DNA from: Alkalispirochaeta sp.
GTDB lineage: Bacteria; Spirochaetota; Spirochaetia; DSM-27196; Alkalispirochaetaceae
NCBI GenBank assembly: GCA_965601925.1
Contig: OZ271854.1
Location: forward strand, 3,488,001 to 3,552,000
Direction: 5' to 3'
DNA: 64,000 bases
A program made the translations under genes and the position numbers. Numbering within the stretch: position 1 is the first letter of the stretch; each line of letters starts with the position of its first letter. Below, piece after piece: positions 58,268-64,000 of the stretch. Under the pieces are notes generated by a model. The model was not told where the DNA came from and made no database searches. It was given only the letters and a program-made list of their open reading frames with translations.

Positions 58268-60015
58268 GACGAGCCATTCGCGTCCTCGAGTGGCTCCCCG
58301 GCTACCGGAGGGAGAACCTCCGGGGCGATATCGCGGCCGGTCTGACCGTCGCGGTCATGTTGATTCCGCAAGGCATGGCCTACGCCCTCCTGGCGGGATT
58401 GCCGCCGATCGTAGGGCTTTACGCCTCGCTGGTCCCGATTTTGGTCTACGCCCTTCTGGGAACCTCACGGCAGTTAGCCGTCGGGCCGGTCGCCATTGTG
58501 TCGCTCATGGTGGCCTCGGCGTTGGAGGGTCTCGCCGAGGCGGGAACGCCGCACTACGTCGCCCTTGCGGCTCTCCTGGCCGGAATGGTGGGTCTCGTAC
58601 AGCTCGCGATGGGCGTGGCGCGCCTTGGCTTTTTGGTCAATGTGCTGGCACATCCGGTCATCACCGGGTTCACATCCGCGGCGGCCTTTATCATCGGATT
58701 CAGTCAACTCGGCCACCTGTTGGGAATCGAGCTGCCCCGTACGCATCGCGTCGATGCGATTCTGTTATCGGCCCTCGGCACCATCGGTGCGACGCACCTC
58801 GCAACGTTCTTTATCGGAGTTGCGGGAATCGTGGCACTCGTCATGCTCAAGCGCCGGAGGCCCATGTTTCCCGCGCCGATCGTCGTCGTGATACTGGGTA
58901 CTCTTGCGACGGCGGTCTTCCGATTGGATCTACTCGGCGTCGCGGTGGTTGGAGAAGTTCCCCGGGGGCTGCCGACCGTCACGGTTCCCGATTTTGCTGC
59001 GATCGGCGGCCCTACCTTCCAAGCACTCGTTCCGGCGGCTCTCGCGATTGCACTGGTGGGATTCATGGAGTCGATCGCCGTGGCCAAGTCCTTTGCGGCG
59101 CGTAACGGCTACACGGTAAACGCCGACAGGGAGCTCTCGGCTCTGGGCGCGGCGAACCTGGCGGCGCTCTTTTTCGGCGGATATCCGGTTACCGGCGGCT
59201 TCTCCCGCACCGCTGTGAACGCTCAAGCGGGATCTCGGACACCCCTCTCTTCGATCGTGACGGCGGGAATGATAGGGGCGACGCTCCTCGTACTGACGCC
59301 CGTATTTACCTTTCTTCCCAACGCACTATTGGCCTCGCTCATTATGGTTGCCGTCGCGAACTTGATCGACGTCGAAGAGATACGTCGCCTGATACGAATG
59401 AGGTCGCCGGATCTTGTACTCCTACTTGTTGCATTTATTGCGACCCTCAGCCTCGGAATGGAGTTAGGTGTGCTCGCGGCGGTCGGCGTCTCTCTGATCC
59501 TGGTGATCTACCGCAGCACGCGACCCCATTCGGCGGTATTGGGACGGTTGCCGGGCACGCAGATCTTTCGAAATGTTGCACGATATCCGGAAGCGGAGAC
59601 CTTTCCGGGGCTCCTTGTCTTTCGTATCGATGCCGACCTCTATTTTGCCAATGTCGCGGTCTTTGCCGAACGAGTGCGGGCTGCCGAGGCGGATCACGGC
59701 TCGGGACTCGACGCCGTTGTGTTCGACTGTCGGAGTATCAGCTATATTGACTCCACCGGAGAGCGGGTCTTACGAGAGGTCGTTTCCGACCTCAAATCGA
59801 GGATGGTTGAGGTCGCCTTCGCGAATGTAAAGGGTCCGGTTCGAGATATGCTGGAGCGGTCCGGTTTCCGCCGATTCGTCGGGGAGGCGCGTTTCTTCCG
59901 TTCCAACGGCGAAGCGGTGGAGCATTACCTTGCTCGACGGGCGTCCGGTGCGGACGTCCGGTGCCGTTCGACACGTGTAGATGTGCGTAACACGATGGAG
60001 GTACGACATGACTGA
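58264..60015 (+). CDS. SulP-family anion permease with STAS domain
   Basis: D..AGLTV..M.IPQGMAYA.LAGLPP..GLY, GGFSRTAVN, LYFAN, IDSTG; start MRRAI. Confidence 0.95.
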   Translation: MRRAIRVLEWLPGYRRENLRGDIAAGLTVAVMLIPQGMAYALLAGLPPIVGLYASLVPILVYALLGTSRQLAVGPVAIVSLMVASALEGLAEAGTPHYVALAALLAGMVGLVQLAMGVARLGFLVNVLAHPVITGFTSAAAFIIGFSQLGHLLGIELPRTHRVDAILLSALGTIGATHLATFFIGVAGIVALVMLKRRRPMFPAPIVVVILGTLATAVFRLDLLGVAVVGEVPRGLPTVTVPDFAAIGGPTFQALVPAALAIALVGFMESIAVAKSFAARNGYTVNADRELSALGAANLAALFFGGYPVTGGFSRTAVNAQAGSRTPLSSIVTAGMIGATLLVLTPVFTFLPNALLASLIMVAVANLIDVEEIRRLIRMRSPDLVLLLVAFIATLSLGMELGVLAAVGVSLILVIYRSTRPHSAVLGRLPGTQIFRNVARYPEAETFPGLLVFRIDADLYFANVAVFAERVRAAEADHGSGLDAVVFDCRSISYIDSTGERVLREVVSDLKSRMVEVAFANVKGPVRDMLERSGFRRFVGEARFFRSNGEAVEHYLARRASGADVRCRSTRVDVRNTMEVRHD

Positions 60016-60502
60016 GGTCATTGTATGGAGCGGCGCGTTCGGCGGACTCGCCGTTGGGATTTATGCGCTCTTTCAGTTTTTTGTGACGGGAAAGATTCTA
60101 GGAGTCTCTTCGGGCTACGGAAACATATGCGGCTATCTTTCCCGAACGTCCTTTTTCCACGAGGGGCCGTGGAAGAGTCTCAATAACTGGCGCCTTTGGT
60201 TCTTGATAGGGCTTCCTCTGGGGGGGCTCCTGGCCGCTCTTACCAGTCCCGGTGAGATCGCACTTAGCTTCTCCCTCGGATCGCTTTACGACTCGGTCAT
60301 CCCGTCGCAGCTGTGGATACGGGGCCTCATCCTCGCCGGTGGCGGCGTCATGATCGGCTACGGCTCGCGCATGGCCGGCGGATGTACCAGCGGCCACAGC
60401 ATCGGGGGCATTGCGCTTCTCAATCCTCCGAGTGTCGTGGCGTCGATTGGTTTTTTCATCGGCGGTATCGCTGCCGTGCAACTCCTCTTTCGCGTATTGT
60501 AG
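60008..60502 (+). CDS. YeeE/YedE-family sulfur-compound transporter, first half
   Basis: GKILGVSS, GYGSRMAGGCTSGH.I.G; GGAGG RBS. Confidence 0.88.
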   Translation: MTEVIVWSGAFGGLAVGIYALFQFFVTGKILGVSSGYGNICGYLSRTSFFHEGPWKSLNNWRLWFLIGLPLGGLLAALTSPGEIALSFSLGSLYDSVIPSQLWIRGLILAGGGVMIGYGSRMAGGCTSGHSIGGIALLNPPSVVASIGFFIGGIAAVQLLFRVL

Positions 60503-60514
60503 AGGCACATCGTC

Positions 60515-61015
60515 ATGCAGAAGTATCTTTTTCTTCCCATGGGCATCGTCTTCGGATTCATCTTGAGCCGCGCCGGTGCTACAACGTACGACTTTTACGC
60601 CGAACTCTTTCTCTTCCGTGACCTTCAACTTTTGTGGGTCATCGCGGTAGCCGCTTCGGTAGGAGCCGCCGGCATCGCCGTCCTGAAGGTCGCCGGCGCG
60701 CGCGCACTGCTCGACGGCACGGCCCTCTCTTTTCAAGGTAAACCCTACACTCGATCTCTGGTGCCCGGTTCGCTCCTTTTCGGCCTCGGATGGGGACTCG
60801 CCGGAGCCTGCCCCGGGACGGTCTTGGTCATGCTCGGCGAGGGAAAACTGGGAGCACTCTTTACGATCGCCGGTATCACCTTGGGCACCTATCTCTATGG
60901 CGTGTCACATACTCCCAAAGGGAACCCGGCCGGCGACTCGCCATGGGCCTCTGTGCTAACCACAGAGAGCCGAGCGAAGACCGAACGGGGTTACGGAGGA
61001 GTTTCCACTTCATGA
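60515..61015 (+). CDS. YeeE/YedE-family sulfur-compound transporter, second half
   Basis: G..FG, G.LLFGLGWGLAGACPG. Confidence 0.88.
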   Translation: MQKYLFLPMGIVFGFILSRAGATTYDFYAELFLFRDLQLLWVIAVAASVGAAGIAVLKVAGARALLDGTALSFQGKPYTRSLVPGSLLFGLGWGLAGACPGTVLVMLGEGKLGALFTIAGITLGTYLYGVSHTPKGNPAGDSPWASVLTTESRAKTERGYGGVSTS

Positions 61016-61112
61016 TACGGTAAAACGCGAAAGCTGCGCGCCGCCGCGACGAGTCGCCGGGGAAGCGTTAATGCCACGAACACCGGGTTTCGTACGAAAC
61101 GGGCGCGTTCGT

Positions 61113-61244
61113 ATGAAGTCGTATCACCATCTCCCCCGAGAGGAGCGATACCGGATGATTCGCCCCGAGGCCACCGGCCCTCACCGCCGGTTCCTCTGCC
61201 ATGCGAACCATCGGGTCATGATCCGGACATCCCCACCGGGATAG
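61113..61244 (+). pseudogene. Possible IS30-family transposase N-terminal remnant
   Basis: MKSYHHLPREERYRMI resembles the IS30 start (YxHLxxEERxxI); the rest is unrelated. Confidence 0.3.
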
Positions 61245-61254
61245 GAGACTGTAG

Positions 61255-61824
61255 TCACGCCCGACAGGCGTATTCCATCACAACCGTTCCCGTCTTGAAT
61301 CGCTTTATGTCCGATAGTTTCATATGTCTCGTAATGTCCACGTCGCTGAACAGATGTGCGCCGTGGCCCAACACGAAGGGATACACAACGATACAGAGCG
61401 TATCGACGAGATTGTGTGCGAACAGAACTCGGTCGAGAATCCCCGTTCCATATTTGATAATGTCCTTACCCGGCTGCTCCTTCAGCGCTCGAACTTCCTC
61501 GGCGATGTCTCCCCGGATAACGGTTGTATTCCACGTCGTCTCCTTAAGGGTCGTGGATGCGATGTACTTCGGAATACTGTTCATGCGGTCTACAAACTCC
61601 ATCGGCGCTCCGGCACCGGCCTTGGCCATACCCAGGTAGGCCTCCGAAAGGCTTTCATACGTCTTTCGACCCAAGAGGAGGGCATCGGCTCCAAAGAGTC
61701 GTTGTGTTTGGTAGGAGTCGTGCTCCTCATTGCCCGCGAAGTACGGCTCAGCCTCCCCGACAATGTCCGGCGCATCTATGACGCCGTCAATACTCATAAA
61801 CGTGATTTCAATGAGTTGTCTCAT
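61255..61824 (-). CDS. Dihydrofolate reductase/RibD C-terminal family protein
   Basis: MSIDGV, LLGRKTY, MNSIPKYIASTTL, LKEQPGKDI, P.VLG.G..LF. Confidence 0.9.
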   Translation of the reverse strand: MRQLIEITFMSIDGVIDAPDIVGEAEPYFAGNEEHDSYQTQRLFGADALLLGRKTYESLSEAYLGMAKAGAGAPMEFVDRMNSIPKYIASTTLKETTWNTTVIRGDIAEEVRALKEQPGKDIIKYGTGILDRVLFAHNLVDTLCIVVYPFVLGHGAHLFSDVDITRHMKLSDIKRFKTGTVVMEYACRA

Positions 61825-62122
61825 GCACTCCTCCTGTCGGACTCTCCACTCGCGTAGCCCGCCCTACGCGACGAGCCGTCTACCCGCATAAACGGTGTTG
61901 CAAATCGACTGACGGGTGCATAACGTTGCCGTGGTCCGCGGGAGTACGTCCTCGATGTATCCTCCGTTTTGCACCGCTTACCTGTCTTGAGAACACATAG
62001 TCGGAGCATACTGAATATAATACGCCGGTGTGAGATATACGGTTACAATAGTATATCTCCCTCAAGCGGCGCTCGTGTCGGGTATGCACGGAGATATCGG
62101 TCTTGGGAACACGGTATTGTAC

Positions 62123-62938
62123 ATGACGTATCAAACGTTTGAGCCGGACGCGGATTTGGCGGCCTTCGTAAAGTGTTATTGGACGCTCGAGGTTCCGGCT
62201 CAACAGGACGTTCAACGACAGCTCATCATACCCGACGGATGCATAGAAATGACCTTTAGCTTCGGCGACGATATAAAGCGCTATATCTCCGAGGACGAGT
62301 TCATCATCGGGCCACGCGAAGTGGTTATCGGGCAGATTACCGAGCCGATCTATATCGAGCCCACCGGATACGTTGATTCCTTTGCAGTTCGATTTTATCC
62401 CTACGGCTTTGCCAACTTTGTGCGGACGCCCATCAATACGCTGGCAAACACCGAAACGCCCTTGGTTCAGTTGTTTGGAGAAGAGATCGCGGGGCAATTG
62501 GCGCAAAAGATGATCCAAGCGGGAGAGACCGGAACGAGAATAGCGATCATAGAGGAGTTTCTCCTGGGCCGGCTGAGCGATAAAGGAACCATCGACACCA
62601 TCGTGCAAACGACCATTGAGGCGATGTTCGCGACACAAGGAAGCAGCGCGATAAAAGCAGTTCTCAAGAACGATTTATCGAAACGAAGACAGCTAGAAAG
62701 AGACTTCATACAAAAAATAGGTATGAGTCCCAAGCAGTTGGGCAAAGTGATCAGACTACAAGCCGCCCTGAAGAGAATCCTCAATCGGCAATCGGAAACC
62801 TTGACCGAGATTGCCTATGAAAGTGAGTATTACGATCAGGCGCACTTTATAAAAGATTTCAAAGAGTTCACCGGAGTAACACCCAAAAAATTTCTTGGAT
62901 CGGAACAGATGGCTCTCTCTTCACTCTTCTACAAGTAA
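62123..62938 (+). CDS. AraC-family regulator (DUF6597-type N-terminus)
   Basis: P...L..FVKCYW, IPDGC, VRF.P.G, RQLER.F...IG.SPKQ, YYDQAHFI.DFK.FTG.TP; probable start MTYQTF. Confidence 0.9.
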   Translation: MTYQTFEPDADLAAFVKCYWTLEVPAQQDVQRQLIIPDGCIEMTFSFGDDIKRYISEDEFIIGPREVVIGQITEPIYIEPTGYVDSFAVRFYPYGFANFVRTPINTLANTETPLVQLFGEEIAGQLAQKMIQAGETGTRIAIIEEFLLGRLSDKGTIDTIVQTTIEAMFATQGSSAIKAVLKNDLSKRRQLERDFIQKIGMSPKQLGKVIRLQAALKRILNRQSETLTEIAYESEYYDQAHFIKDFKEFTGVTPKKFLGSEQMALSSLFYK

Positions 62939-63026
62939 CGACAACCCTGTCGCATTCTTACAATTTCCACCTCAGCGGGTGCTTTATTTTTAATGTGACA
63001 AAGCGAAGCAGTGACAGGAGGAGTCT

Positions 63027-63389
63027 ATGTCAAACACAAACATCAGTAACGTGGTTGCGGTTGTGCCGGCGAAGGATCACCGGAGCGCCGTTGGATGGTA
63101 TACGCAGTTACTCGGGCGGGAGGCGGATATCGTTCCCGTGGATGACGTTGCGGAATGGCAGCTCGCCGACAACGCATGGCTTCAAGTCGGCGTCGATCCG
63201 GAGCGTGCGGGTTACACGACGGTCATCATCGGGGTGAACGACATCGATGTACAGCGCAGCTTCTGCGAAAAAGCCGGCGTACCGCTCGGCGAAGTTGTCG
63301 AAATCCCGGGCGTCATCAAAATGGCCGAGACGGGCGATCCGGACGGGAACAAAGTCGTATTTGTTCAGGATCTTTCCGGCGGAGCCTGA
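63027..63389 (+). CDS. VOC/glyoxalase-family protein
   Basis: AGGAGG RBS; WY..LLGR, DPDGNKV.F. Confidence 0.88.
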   Translation: MSNTNISNVVAVVPAKDHRSAVGWYTQLLGREADIVPVDDVAEWQLADNAWLQVGVDPERAGYTTVIIGVNDIDVQRSFCEKAGVPLGEVVEIPGVIKMAETGDPDGNKVVFVQDLSGGA

Positions 63390-63400
63390 TTGTCGGAATC

Positions 63401-63433
63401 ACCGGGGGGAAGCCGTCGTAGCTACCCCCCGGT
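63401..63433. terminator. Hairpin after VOC gene
   Basis: ACCGGGGGG.AGC...GCT.CCCCCCGGT. Confidence 0.45.
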
Positions 63434-63558
63434 AACCGTTCATTGCGACAAACTAATCGACTCGGGGATAAAAAGGGCCATAGTTTTCTCGGAAATCTCC
63501 CTAAGAGTAGTAATAACATAGCGGTGACCTTGAGTTTCGCATCGCGGAACGACCGGTA

Positions 63559-63999
63559 TCACACGTGTCGGACCATGAGACGAGAGCTTTCTATATTCGC
63601 ATGAACTCCGAAGCCGAGCTTCTTGTACAACCCGTACGCATGATTATCGTTCGAAACCATGAGGCTCAAGCGGTTGACCCCCTGCTGAGAAGCTTGCTCG
63701 ATCAAACGTGCGAGAAGCCTCGTCCCGATGCCGCACCGACGGTGGTCGCGGGCGACGGCAAGAACGAGAACGGGAGTGACCTCATCGATGTATCCCCTGA
63801 TGGCGTTGGACGTGGTGTGGAACCGGTACCACGCTGCACCAACGGGAACCGAGTCGAGGATCGCAATGACGGCGGTGTCTCCCTCGCGCTTACCCCAGTC
63901 TTCAAGCGCGGTACCTACACCCGGTGCCGATAGTCCTTCGTCGAAGGGTGGATTGCTTTTCTGTGAAATCGAGCGCCAGTACACCGCCTCATATAACAT
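63559..63999 (-). CDS. GNAT N-acetyltransferase (5' end probably outside window)
   Basis: VGAAW.R, HRRCGIGTRLL, LSL.V..DN.A..LY.KLGF. Confidence 0.88.
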   Translation of the reverse strand: MLYEAVYWRSISQKSNPPFDEGLSAPGVGTALEDWGKREGDTAVIAILDSVPVGAAWYRFHTTSNAIRGYIDEVTPVLVLAVARDHRRCGIGTRLLARLIEQASQQGVNRLSLMVSNDNHAYGLYKKLGFGVHANIESSRLMVRHV

Positions 64000-64000
64000 C

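Overview
GC-rich bacterial chromosomal window, probably from an anaerobic Spirochaetota member. This is an inference from the spirochaete-type 'VWGAGDQE' leader of the sugar-binding protein and the gene content. 1-13.9 kb is an arginine/ornithine fermentation region: arcA (partial) and arcB converge on a complete oxidative ornithine operon (ord-ortA-ortB-oraS-oraE-glmL-like-orr). Its ornithine racemase is fused to a catalytically degenerate arginase-fold domain. The region also holds an unannotated carbamate kinase pseudogene and a TrmB regulator with candidate operators. 21-33 kb is an amino-acid module: ilvE, a PEP-synthase-like protein lacking the phosphohistidine domain, Lrp, gdhA, an NSS transporter and a 33-aa MetS-like subunit. 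It is interrupted by four direct copies of a ~225-bp highly structured repeat that flank a compositionally distinct two-gene cassette. 34-43 kb is a two-component system, sulfatase, sugar ABC and DUF5054-like locus. 45.6-50.8 kb is an imuA-imuB-dnaE2 mutagenesis cassette with a leaderless promoter and an atypical palindromic operator. 56-61 kb is an ArsR, persulfide dioxygenase-rhodanese, SulP and YeeE/YedE sulfur locus. No rRNA, tRNA, CRISPR array or intact transposase was recognised. All calls come from motif reading by eye; no database searches were run.
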